Source: Candidatus Udaeobacter sp.
Lineage (GTDB): Bacteria > Patescibacteriota > Patescibacteriia > Magasanikbacterales > GWA2-37-8
NCBI GenBank assembly: GCA_035473115.1
Contig: DATION010000002.1
Coordinates: 9,469-73,468, forward strand
Length of the DNA stretch: 64,000 nucleotides
Direction: 5' to 3'
The notes beneath the pieces were generated by a model. The model searched no databases. It was not told the origin of the DNA and saw only the letters and a list, made by a program, of their open reading frames with translations. A program made the translations under genes and the position numbers. Shown in pieces: positions 27,430-36,512 of the stretch (position 1 is the first letter of the stretch; every line of letters begins with the position of its first letter).

Positions 27430-28959
27430 ATGTTTCGATTATATCTCAAATTTAAGCGAAAAGCAAGCTTAATCATCCTTTTTTTAGCAGGAGTAATTTT
27501 GTTTTTGGCAAACATTCCTGCCTGGTCCAAAGAGCCAAATGATCCGGAATACAATCTGCAACAAACTTTTTATAATCAAATTAGCGCTCCAACTGCCTGG
27601 GATTTCACTAATGGCACAAGCAGCGCGGTGGTAGCAATAATTGATGTGGGTGTAGATATTTCTAATGAAGATTTAAAAGCCAATATTTGGCAAAATCAAA
27701 AAGAATTGCCAGGCAATGGTATTGACGATGACAAAAATGGCTATATAGATGATATTCATGGTTGGAATTTTGTGGAAAAAAATAATGATATAACTGTTTC
27801 TAATCTGAATAATAACTTAGATGATCGCGGAGCTGTCAGTCATGGAACTATTTTAGCCGGACTTATCGGAGCGGTAGGGGATAATAATTTTTTAGGAGCC
27901 GGATTAAATTGGCATATAAAAATTATGCCGCTGCGCGCTGTGCGCAACGATGGCAATGGCTCTTTGGAAGACGTGGCTAAAGCTGTAAATTATGCCGTAA
28001 ATAATGGAGCTGATATTATCAGTCTAAGCTTTGTGGGTGGAGCTACTAATTTTAGTTTAGAAGGAAGTTTGTTTAATGCCAGAAAGCACGGGGTGCTAGT
28101 GGTAGCAGCAGCCGGTAATAACAGAAATGACGGCATTGGCGATGAGGATTCGGCAAAAGTAAAACAGTACCCAATTTGTGTAGATTTTGAAAATTCAGAA
28201 AATTGGATTTTGGGCGTAACTTCGGTTGATAAAAATAATAAGTTAAGCGAGTTCGCCAATTATGGCGCTTGTGTGGATATTACGGCTCCGGGCGAATACA
28301 TTTACAGCACTCAAAAATATTCTCCGCAGTACGGGTATGATAAAAATTTTGCTGGCCCTTGGTTTGGGTCTTCTTTTTCTGTTCCTTTAGTTACCGGCGC
28401 TGCTGCTTTGGTAAAATCAGTCCGCCCAGACTGGGGAGCAAAAGAAATAGTGTCTGATCTGCTGGCTACTACCGATGATATCGATAGTTTAAATCCGGGT
28501 TATGCAGGACAAATTGGCTATGGCCGTTTGAATGTCGGTCGAGCTGTGGCTAGAGCCGTGGAATCAAAATCAAAAATTATTCCTACATTTATTTTTGATG
28601 CAAAATTAATTAAAAAACAGAAAAAATATTTTGTCCGCATTATTTCTGATGAAAAGATTTTGCATGAATTGTCTTTGCCGGGTTATACAGAAAAATCTAG
28701 TAAATGGGCCGTAACTGAGAATTTATTGGTATCTGTCAATCTGAGCCGGAAAAAAATAACTGTAAATGCTTGGGATTGGGAAGGTAAGCAAAAATTAACA
28801 AATTTTGTTTTGGGCGGAGTAGATAGCTTATCTGATTTAAAGATTGATAAAGTGTGGGGTGATAATCCTAATCCAATTTTATTTATTAAACGTACTGGAG
28901 AAAACCAGAAAGTTATTATCGATTTACCAAGTCAGAGCTGGAAGATTGAGCAATTGTAA
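27430..28959 (+). CDS. Secreted subtilisin-like S8 peptidase
   Basis: Signal peptide and the catalytic triad in context: D (AIIDVGVD), H (SHGT), S (GSSFSVP). Confidence 0.85.
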   Translation: MFRLYLKFKRKASLIILFLAGVILFLANIPAWSKEPNDPEYNLQQTFYNQISAPTAWDFTNGTSSAVVAIIDVGVDISNEDLKANIWQNQKELPGNGIDDDKNGYIDDIHGWNFVEKNNDITVSNLNNNLDDRGAVSHGTILAGLIGAVGDNNFLGAGLNWHIKIMPLRAVRNDGNGSLEDVAKAVNYAVNNGADIISLSFVGGATNFSLEGSLFNARKHGVLVVAAAGNNRNDGIGDEDSAKVKQYPICVDFENSENWILGVTSVDKNNKLSEFANYGACVDITAPGEYIYSTQKYSPQYGYDKNFAGPWFGSSFSVPLVTGAAALVKSVRPDWGAKEIVSDLLATTDDIDSLNPGYAGQIGYGRLNVGRAVARAVESKSKIIPTFIFDAKLIKKQKKYFVRIISDEKILHELSLPGYTEKSSKWAVTENLLVSVNLSRKKITVNAWDWEGKQKLTNFVLGGVDSLSDLKIDKVWGDNPNPILFIKRTGENQKVIIDLPSQSWKIEQL

Positions 28960-29012
28960 ATTAGCATGGCAAGTGGTATAATTTAAGCATAATTTAGGAC
29001 TTAAAAAGACCT

Positions 29013-30035
29013 ATGGATACGCCTATTTTTGAGAAAAAAAACGTCTTGGTTACAGGTGGAGCCGGTTTTATCGGTTCCCATCTCTGTGAGCGTTTATTAA
29101 AAGAAGCCAAGGTAATCTGTTTGGATGATTTTTCCAATTCTTCTCCGGCTAATATAAAACATTTATTGCAATATCCGGATTTTGAATTTATAAAATACGA
29201 CGTCAATCAGCCAATTGATCTGGATAAATTTGAAGAGTTAGACAAATTTAGAATAAAATTTCAAGGTATCCAAGAAATTTACCACCTGGCTTGCCCGACC
29301 AGCCCGCATGATTTTGAGAAGTTAAAAATGAAATCTTTGTGGGCTAATTCTTCATCAATGATTAACACATTAGATTTAGCAGTAAAATACAAAGCTAAAT
29401 ATGTTTTTACTTCCAGTTCAGTTGTCTATGGAAATGCTACTGAAGAAAAATCTATTTTTAAAGAAACCGATCAAGGTGCGGTAGATCATCTGTCTCCGCG
29501 CGCTTGCTACGACGAAGGCAAGCGTTTTGCCGAAACTTGCGTGGCCACTTATCGCCAAGTTTATGGTATTGATGCTAAAATTGCCCGAATATTCACCACT
29601 TACGGCCCAAACATGAAATTATTTGAAGGTCAAATGATACCGGATTTTATAATTAACGCTTTGGAAGGAAAAAATTTAACTATCAATGGTGATGAATCTT
29701 TTTCTACTTCACTTTGTTATGTTACTGATCTGGTTGACGGCTTAACACGCCTAATGGCCAGCGCCCCGGAAGTAGAAATTGTTAATTTTGGTGATGATAA
29801 AATTGTAAAAATGTCTGATGTTGCCGAAACGATAATTAAATTGACAAATTCTTCATCAAAAATTGTTTTTGAAAAACCGCTGTTGTTTTTAACCCGCAAA
29901 GGAGCGCCAGATTTGGCTTATGTAAAAGAAGCTTTGGGTTGGCTGCCGCTGGTAAGATTACAAGACGGCTTAGAAAAAACTATAGACTACACTATTGCTA
30001 ACAAAGAAGCTTTGCTGTTTGATCATGGGTATTAA
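29013..30035 (+). CDS. NAD-dependent epimerase/dehydratase (UDP-glucuronate decarboxylase/UXS-like SDR)
   Basis: VLVTGGAGFIGSHL Rossmann motif and YDEGKR active-site motif. Confidence 0.8.
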   Translation: MDTPIFEKKNVLVTGGAGFIGSHLCERLLKEAKVICLDDFSNSSPANIKHLLQYPDFEFIKYDVNQPIDLDKFEELDKFRIKFQGIQEIYHLACPTSPHDFEKLKMKSLWANSSSMINTLDLAVKYKAKYVFTSSSVVYGNATEEKSIFKETDQGAVDHLSPRACYDEGKRFAETCVATYRQVYGIDAKIARIFTTYGPNMKLFEGQMIPDFIINALEGKNLTINGDESFSTSLCYVTDLVDGLTRLMASAPEVEIVNFGDDKIVKMSDVAETIIKLTNSSSKIVFEKPLLFLTRKGAPDLAYVKEALGWLPLVRLQDGLEKTIDYTIANKEALLFDHGY

Positions 30036-30045
30036 GATAGAGTAT

Positions 30046-30708
30046 ATGCTGTTTGTGATTGTTCCCGCTTATAATGAATCAAAAAATATCGGTCGCGTTA
30101 TTAGCGGCCTTTTTAGTCAGGGGTTTAAAAATATTGTGGTGATTGACGACGCTTCAGCTGATAATACATACGAAGAGGCAAAAAAAGCTGGCGCAGCTGT
30201 TTTAAAGCACGAAGTAAATAGAGGCCAAGGTGCCGCTCTGCAAACAGGCAATGAGTATGCTATGGCCAGCGGAGCTAGTTTTGTAGTTCATTTTGACGCC
30301 GATGGCCAATTTAACCCGGCTGACATAAACAAGGCTTTAGCTGTGATGCAAGAAAAAAATATAGACGTACTGCTCGGGTCACGTTTTTTAGATAATCGTT
30401 CGCAAATTCCTTGGACAAAAAAACATCTGGTGTTGCCGATGGCTAGGCTAATCAATAATTTTTTGACAGGGATAGAATTAACAGATGTTCATAACGGCTT
30501 TAGAATTTTATCGCGCCGAGCGCTCGAAAATATAAATATATCTCAAGACAGAATGGCTCATAACTCTGAAATTGTTAGGCAGATAAAGCAAAAAAACCTT
30601 TCCTATCTTGAATATCCGGTTGAGGTTACTTATAATGAATATGGCCAGGGAGTAGGCGGGGGGCTAAAGATAATTTGGGAGATTTTACATGGACGTTTAA
30701 CTAGATAG
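30046..30708 (+). CDS. Family 2 glycosyltransferase (DPM/GtrB-like)
   Basis: VIVPAYNES...VVIDDASAD and the DAD motif. Confidence 0.8.
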   Translation: MLFVIVPAYNESKNIGRVISGLFSQGFKNIVVIDDASADNTYEEAKKAGAAVLKHEVNRGQGAALQTGNEYAMASGASFVVHFDADGQFNPADINKALAVMQEKNIDVLLGSRFLDNRSQIPWTKKHLVLPMARLINNFLTGIELTDVHNGFRILSRRALENINISQDRMAHNSEIVRQIKQKNLSYLEYPVEVTYNEYGQGVGGGLKIIWEILHGRLTR

Positions 30709-30713
30709 TTTAT

Positions 30714-31055
30714 ATGATTGTAACTCAAATTTTACTAGTAGTTTTTTTCTTGTTTGCACTGATAAAAGTCATCAGCCGCTTTCGAGACGGTGATTTAAGT
30801 AAGCTCGGTTTAATTTTGTGGTCATTATTTTGGCTGGCAGCTGCTGGAGTAGTTTTATTGCCAAATTCTACTGCTTATCTGGCAAAGCTGGCTGGTATTG
30901 GTCGCGGCGCGGATCTGGTGGTATATGTATCTTTGGCTGCGATATTCTTTATTATATTTCGTTTGCTGATAAAAATTGAATTATTAAATAAAGATATCAC
31001 TAAGCTTACCAGAAAAATTGCTTTGCAGGATAAAAATAAAAATTTAGATAAGTAA
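30714..31055 (+). CDS. Small membrane protein, DUF2304-like (GT2-associated)
   Basis: Three TM helices with a Lys-rich tail; immediately follows the GT2 gene. Confidence 0.5.
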   Translation: MIVTQILLVVFFLFALIKVISRFRDGDLSKLGLILWSLFWLAAAGVVLLPNSTAYLAKLAGIGRGADLVVYVSLAAIFFIIFRLLIKIELLNKDITKLTRKIALQDKNKNLDK

Positions 31056-31060
31056 ATTAT

Positions 31061-32173
31061 ATGCGGGTAGCCCATGTTGTTTCTACTTTTTATCCTCATG
31101 TGGGCGGAATGGGTTCGGTTTGCTACAACGAAGCTAAAAGTTTGGCAGAGAGCGGACATGATGTAACAGTTTTTACTTTAAAATACCCAAACGAAGTTTA
31201 TAATGATGTTAAATTTCCTTTTAAAATTGTTCGTTTAAAACCGATAATTAAATTGGGAGATGCCGGGCTGGTGCCGCAAATATTAAATCAGCTCAAAGGC
31301 TTTGATCTAGTTCATCTGCACTATCCTTTTTATGGTGGAGCCGAATGGTTAAGTTTTTTTAATATTCCACTAGTAATTACTTACCACATGGATGCTCAAT
31401 CGGGTGGGTTAAAAGAAATTATCGCCAAAGCATATGATCTATTTTGGTCTAAAATTTTATTCTCTAAAGCTAAAAAAATAATTACAGTTGATACAAATCA
31501 TTTTCAAAATACAAAATTCGGTCAGTATTTTATTAATAAAACAGTTGAAATTCAAAATGGAGTTGATACAGAAATTTTTCGGCCACATTCTGTTAGTTTA
31601 GAGAGTGTTGGTTTATCTCATTTAAAAGATAAAAAAATTATTCTTTTTGTCGGCAACCCGATGCCAGTAAAGCGATTGGATATTCTTTTAAATTCATTAA
31701 AGTTATTAAATGACAATAGTTTGGCTTTAATGGTCATTGGCGGAGGTTATCAACTAGAAAAATATAAACAGATGGCCAAAGATTTACATATTGAGAAAAA
31801 CGTATCTTTTGTTGGGCAATGCGATGATCGACAAAAGTTATCTGATTATTACAATATGGCTAGTTGCGTGGTTGTGCCGTCAGATTATGAATCTTTCTCT
31901 TTGGTAACAATTGAAGCTATGGCTTGTGGGATCCCGGTAATTGCCAGTAATATTGCCGGATTAGCAAGTAGAGTTAAACCTGGAGAAAACGGGTTTTTAT
32001 TTGCAAAAGGTTCAGTAGAAAGTTTGGTAAAAGAGCTTAAAAAAGTTTTGGCAATGAGTAAAGAAGAAAAACAGATCATGGGCGAAAAAGAAGTGTCGGA
32101 AATAAAAAACAATTATTCTTGGAAAAATCATATGGAAAAGTTGTTGAACTTATATAATAATATTTTGTCTTAA
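31061..32173 (+). CDS. Family 4 glycosyltransferase (GT-B)
   Basis: EAMACGIPVIAS C-terminal motif. Confidence 0.8.
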   Translation: MRVAHVVSTFYPHVGGMGSVCYNEAKSLAESGHDVTVFTLKYPNEVYNDVKFPFKIVRLKPIIKLGDAGLVPQILNQLKGFDLVHLHYPFYGGAEWLSFFNIPLVITYHMDAQSGGLKEIIAKAYDLFWSKILFSKAKKIITVDTNHFQNTKFGQYFINKTVEIQNGVDTEIFRPHSVSLESVGLSHLKDKKIILFVGNPMPVKRLDILLNSLKLLNDNSLALMVIGGGYQLEKYKQMAKDLHIEKNVSFVGQCDDRQKLSDYYNMASCVVVPSDYESFSLVTIEAMACGIPVIASNIAGLASRVKPGENGFLFAKGSVESLVKELKKVLAMSKEEKQIMGEKEVSEIKNNYSWKNHMEKLLNLYNNILS

Positions 32174-32174
32174 T

Positions 32175-33077
32175 ATGAATTTGATTTCTAACTTTGACTA
32201 TATCCCAGATATAAACTCAACCGCTCGGAAACCTTCTGACAAGTCAGAGGTTTCGCTCGCTAGTTTCGATTATGAAAAATCTATTTGGGGGTATGGTAAT
32301 GCCAGTTTGAGTTTGAAATCGCCAACGAGCTTTCGTTTGCGCCAAAGTTTAAAGTCAATTGCCGAATTAAAAAGTGGAGCAAAGGTTTTGGAATTAGGCT
32401 GCGGAGCTGGCCAGTTTATTCGTGAAATCAAGAAAATCAGACCGGATCTGGATTGTTATGGCTGTGATATTAGTCAACATGCAATTGCTTTGGCCAAACA
32501 AGCTGATGATGGTGTTAGTTATGATTTAAGTACAGAAAACAACTCTACCTATGCCGATAATTTTTTTGATGCGGTTCTGATTTTTGATGTTTTAGAGCAT
32601 GTGGAAAATCCAAGCTTAATTTTATCTGAAGTAAATCGAGTATTAAAAAGCGGGGGAGTATTTTATTCTTTTGTGCCCTGCGAAGCTGACTCGCTATCTT
32701 TTTGGAATTTATTGTACAAACTTGGTTTAAAAAAAGAACTTACTAGAATGTATGCCGGTCACATAAATAAATTTTCTCGCAAGAGTTTGGTAGATATAGT
32801 TCAATCTCATGGTTTCGCTGTAAAATCAGTTAGATATAGCGAGCAGATCCTAGGGCAGTTATTGGGGCTATTTGCATTTTTTTCTATGGATCATTTTGCA
32901 AAGAAAAATCATTTAAGCCAAGTTAATAATGAGCAGTATTTTTATGGCTTAGATCAAAAAGGCGGAGGAGTTTTAAAAGTAATAAAAAATATTGTAAATA
33001 GTTTGGTTGCCTTGGAGTCAATTATTTTTTCTAAAGTTCCATCTCCGAATGTGCATTTAACAGTGGTTAAAAAATAA
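32175..33077 (+). CDS. Class I SAM-dependent methyltransferase
   Basis: VLELGCGAG motif I. Confidence 0.75.
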   Translation: MNLISNFDYIPDINSTARKPSDKSEVSLASFDYEKSIWGYGNASLSLKSPTSFRLRQSLKSIAELKSGAKVLELGCGAGQFIREIKKIRPDLDCYGCDISQHAIALAKQADDGVSYDLSTENNSTYADNFFDAVLIFDVLEHVENPSLILSEVNRVLKSGGVFYSFVPCEADSLSFWNLLYKLGLKKELTRMYAGHINKFSRKSLVDIVQSHGFAVKSVRYSEQILGQLLGLFAFFSMDHFAKKNHLSQVNNEQYFYGLDQKGGGVLKVIKNIVNSLVALESIIFSKVPSPNVHLTVVKK

Positions 33078-33083
33078 TAAAAT

Positions 33084-33178
33084 AACCTCAGTTATAATAA
33101 TTTTTGCAACGACCATCGCACCCCCAGGTGGGAGACCGTAGGGAATTTGGGCGTAAAAAAATTATTATAACTGAGGTT
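33084..33178. repeat. AT-rich 22-bp perfect hairpin with conserved GC-rich core (family copy 4)
   Basis: Arms AACCTCAGTTATAATAATTTTT / AAAAATTATTATAACTGAGGTT; core GCAACGACCATCGCACC...TTTGGGCGTAAA. Confidence 0.6.
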
Positions 33179-33185
33179 TAGACTT

Positions 33186-33698
33186 ATGCGCGTCATCCAT
33201 GTAATTCCATCCGCTTTTGAATATTTTGACGATATTAGATCGCAAGCTTTTAAGTTACTAGAAGAATTAAATAAGTTAGGAGTAGAAACTGAAGCTTTTA
33301 CTCTGCAGTACGGGTCGCCAAATAGAGAGGAAAAAGCAAGTATTAAAGAAGCTGCACCATCGGTTCATAGTCACATAGGGGATTTTAATGCTAAGAACGT
33401 TATCGAAAGTTTTTCTGATTTTGATATAGTGCATCTGCATTGTCCATTTTTTGGCGCAGCTGGCAAAATTTTGCGCTGGAAAAAACTTAATCCAAACTCT
33501 CCATTAGTTATTACTTATTACCGCGAAATAAAATTAGAAGATACTTTCAGTCTTATTATCAGGCTCTATAACGCTTATTTTTTACCAAAGATCTTTAACT
33601 TAGCAGACGCCTCCTATCGTTTTAATAGAGAACAATCAACAGAGTCTATTGCGGCGGAAACATTATCAGTGTATAATAGCTTTTATACAGCTAACTAG
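33186..33698 (+). pseudogene. Truncated GT4 glycosyltransferase (N-terminal domain only)
   Basis: 170 aa, paralogous to the N-terminal half of the 31061..32173 product (MRV.HV...HLH.PF.G....ITYH); the C-terminal catalytic domain is missing. Confidence 0.45.
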
Positions 33699-33742
33699 CT
33701 AATTTAATACTATAAGCAAAGCTTGTCATTTTCGTCAGGCTT

Positions 33743-33770
33743 CACCCCGCTAAGCGGGGATTTATTTATT
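33743..33770 (+). terminator. Intrinsic terminator
   Basis: CCCCGC-taa-GCGGGG followed by ATTTATTTATTT. Confidence 0.6.
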
Positions 33771-33784
33771 TGAATTTAGAAAAT

Positions 33785-34096
33785 ATGGGAATGTTTAAAA
33801 AAGGACTTTTTTTAGGAGGATTGTTAGGGGCTGCGGCAATGTGGTTAAATACCACTCCTAAAGGCAAGGAGATGCGAGCCAAGCTAATGGGCCAAGCCAA
33901 TGACCTGTATGGCCAGCTTAAAGAAAGCATGAAGCAGTTAGAAGGCCCAACCAAAGAAATGTATGATGCCTTGGTAGAAAGAGCGGTAGAAGAATATGCC
34001 GCCAGAGTAGAAATGGCTATGGAAATGAAGAACCAATTAATCAAAGAATTAAAAAAGAGATGGAAAGATTTGGAAGAAGAGATCAAAAATAAATAA
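33785..34096 (+). CDS. YtxH-like protein
   Basis: Gly-rich hydrophobic N-terminus followed by a charged helical region. Confidence 0.5.
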   Translation: MGMFKKGLFLGGLLGAAAMWLNTTPKGKEMRAKLMGQANDLYGQLKESMKQLEGPTKEMYDALVERAVEEYAARVEMAMEMKNQLIKELKKRWKDLEEEIKNK

Positions 34097-34110
34097 AAAT
34101 CATCATTGTT

Positions 34111-34146
34111 AAAAAGCAGTTTTTTCAGGGCTGCTTTTTATTTTAT
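34111..34146. terminator. Bidirectional terminator (ytxH-like / recJ)
   Basis: AAAAAGCAG...CTGCTTTTT. Confidence 0.65.
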
Positions 34147-35913
34147 TTTTTTGATATCATCAATTGTCAGTTGTAATTCTCGATTACCGTTCCATTCGTT
34201 TACGCTGAGAGAAAAAACTATATCTATCTTGTCTCCTGGTTTAAGATTTTCTTTCCAGTTTTCAGTGCAACGGTTCACATCGCCCAAGCCAAAGCCGATG
34301 GTTTTTTTAATTACCTGAGATTTATGTTTGACCATTAAGCGTAAATGTTTGCCATCTTGACCGACCGGTTCGATGGCTGTAACTGTCAGATCTCGGGAAA
34401 CGTATTTTGGTTCTTCGTTGGCTTGGCCAAAAGGTTCAAACTTTTCCAACAAATCATAAAGCTTCCAGTTAACTTGGTCCAACTCAACTTCGGCATCAAT
34501 AGTGATTTGCGGCGTTAAATCCACGGCCGCAGTTTGCAAAGCGGTTTTTTCGATAAGTGTTCTTTTGAATTCTTCCAATTTATCTTTTTCTTTTAAAGTA
34601 AAACCGCAAGCTTGAGGATGTCCGCCAAATTTAAGAAACATTTCCGGCATGCTTTGGAGAGCGGCGATTAAATTAAATTCTTTTATACTTCTGCCCGAGC
34701 CGTTTATTTCTGTCTCAGTTTCTCCCATTACGATCGCCGGCTTGTAATGATCATCTTTTATTTTTCCGGAAATTAAACCTAAAATTCCGGTCGGCCAACT
34801 TTTTCCTAAGACAAATAAAATCGGGTTATCTTGCTGCTTAGTTTCTTTTATCTGTTTGCGGGCTTCACTGACGTATTGTTCGGTAAGTTTTTGGCGGTCA
34901 ATATTATTTTTATTCAACTGCAAAGCCAAACTTTCCGCTTCTTTCTCATCTTGCGCCATAAGTAGTGCAAAGGCAGTATTGGCATGATCCATACGTCCGG
35001 CAGCGTTAAGTCTGGGCACAACTTGAAAACTCATCGTGTAGGAATCATAAGTACCGCGTTTGGATTGGCCATTTTCATCAGCCATGCCCGCTACTATAAA
35101 AAGTTTTTTTAAACCAATATTTCTGGTTTTATTAATCACAGTTAGTCCATATTTGGTTATCGTTCTCGATTCGCCCAAGAGCGGCACCATATCGCCAATA
35201 GAAGCAATCGCTGCCAAATCTAAGAGCCACTTTTCAAACCCTTCAAACGTTTGTCCGTCCGGTAAAACGGTATGTGACTGAGAATATTTTTTTAATAATC
35301 CCTGAACCAATTTAAAAGCTACGCCGCCGCCGCAAAGGCCTTTGTCCGGGTATGGTTCGCCAGCTACTAGCGGGTGAATGATAGCATCAGCCTTAGGAAG
35401 TTTGGGCGGCACAGTGTGATGATCGGTAACAATTACTTTTATTTTATATTTTTTTGCCAGATCAATTTCAGCCACATTGCTGACGCCGCAATCGCAAGTA
35501 ATTATTAAATCTGTTTTTTGACTGTGTAAAAGTTCAATCGTACGCAAATTAATCCCATAGCCATCAGTTTCCCGGTGAGGGATAAATACATTTACATTTT
35601 TTGCGCCTAATTTTCGTAGTCCAGTAATAATAATGGCCGAAGAGCAGACACCGTCGGCGTCATAATCTCCGTGGACAACGATGTTTTCCTGTTTGGCTAT
35701 GGCTTTAAAAATAATATCAGTGGCTTTTTCCATGTCTTGAAAAAGAAACGGATCATGGATATCTTGAGAATAATCAGGGTTCAAAAATTCATCAATTTGA
35801 GTTTGGGTGCGCAGATTTCTGTTCCAAAGCAATTGAGCCACGGCAGTTGGTAATTCCGGGTGAGAATTGATAAATTCTATTGGCGGCGCTGGCAGAACAT
35901 TCCATTTTTTCAT
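34138..35913 (-). CDS. recJ: Single-stranded-DNA-specific exonuclease RecJ-like (DHH/DHHA1)
   Basis: DHH motifs (VHGDYDADGV, DHH) plus DHHA1 and an OB-like C-terminus. Start set at MKKWNVLP, not the upstream-extended ORF. Confidence 0.85.
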   Translation of the reverse strand: MKKWNVLPAPPIEFINSHPELPTAVAQLLWNRNLRTQTQIDEFLNPDYSQDIHDPFLFQDMEKATDIIFKAIAKQENIVVHGDYDADGVCSSAIIITGLRKLGAKNVNVFIPHRETDGYGINLRTIELLHSQKTDLIITCDCGVSNVAEIDLAKKYKIKVIVTDHHTVPPKLPKADAIIHPLVAGEPYPDKGLCGGGVAFKLVQGLLKKYSQSHTVLPDGQTFEGFEKWLLDLAAIASIGDMVPLLGESRTITKYGLTVINKTRNIGLKKLFIVAGMADENGQSKRGTYDSYTMSFQVVPRLNAAGRMDHANTAFALLMAQDEKEAESLALQLNKNNIDRQKLTEQYVSEARKQIKETKQQDNPILFVLGKSWPTGILGLISGKIKDDHYKPAIVMGETETEINGSGRSIKEFNLIAALQSMPEMFLKFGGHPQACGFTLKEKDKLEEFKRTLIEKTALQTAAVDLTPQITIDAEVELDQVNWKLYDLLEKFEPFGQANEEPKYVSRDLTVTAIEPVGQDGKHLRLMVKHKSQVIKKTIGFGLGDVNRCTENWKENLKPGDKIDIVFSLSVNEWNGNRELQLTIDDIKKIK

Positions 35914-35974
35914 ACTTAGTAAGATGAGTGAGATCCCGCTAAGCGGGACGAGTGAATGAGTATATATGGATTTT

Positions 35975-36385
35975 TTAATCCATATATATTTCTTTTTTAT
36001 CTCTAAAACTAGTGATAGTAATTTTTTTGAAATCCCAATATGAATCGGCCAAGAGCAGGGTAAAAACAATGAACATTATTTTAATTGTTAAATACTGGTT
36101 TAAAGAAATAGGGGAGTTAAATCTATTAAATAGAATTATGCCCAGAGCAATCCAGTAGATTAAAGTTTTGCTGGTCAGCCTTCTTCTTTCGGAGATATTT
36201 ATTTTGCTTCGTATATTCCAAAGATAGGCAAAATACAAAAGTATTAAAGGGGCCGCTGTATACCATTCAAAATCATGCGGATCTTTGCCAAAATGAGATA
36301 ACGTATAAAAAATTAAAGCCAGTATCAGGATCAAAGCAAAGAAAAGAAAAATAATATCCAGTTGGTATTTGCGTAAGACAAGCAT
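35975..36385 (-). CDS. Hypothetical membrane protein
   Basis: Four predicted TM helices. Confidence 0.45.
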   Translation of the reverse strand: MLVLRKYQLDIIFLFFALILILALIFYTLSHFGKDPHDFEWYTAAPLILLYFAYLWNIRSKINISERRRLTSKTLIYWIALGIILFNRFNSPISLNQYLTIKIMFIVFTLLLADSYWDFKKITITSFRDKKEIYMD

Positions 36386-36512
36386 AATTTACGCTAATAA
36401 TTTATTGCAAAGCCGGCAAAAAAGTAAACGCCAGCATGGCAATAATGCCAATAAAAGAAATTACTATCCAAAGTTTTTTTATGGTCTTCTGTTTCACAGA
36501 ATTTATTAATTA

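Noticed and set aside
34106-34318. Short ORFs nested inside or antisense to well-supported genes (for example 34106..34318, 717..941, 1063..1245, 3155..3343, 1886..2110)
   Set aside because: They overlap conserved genes in other frames or on the opposite strand, and have no initiation signals and no recognisable products.
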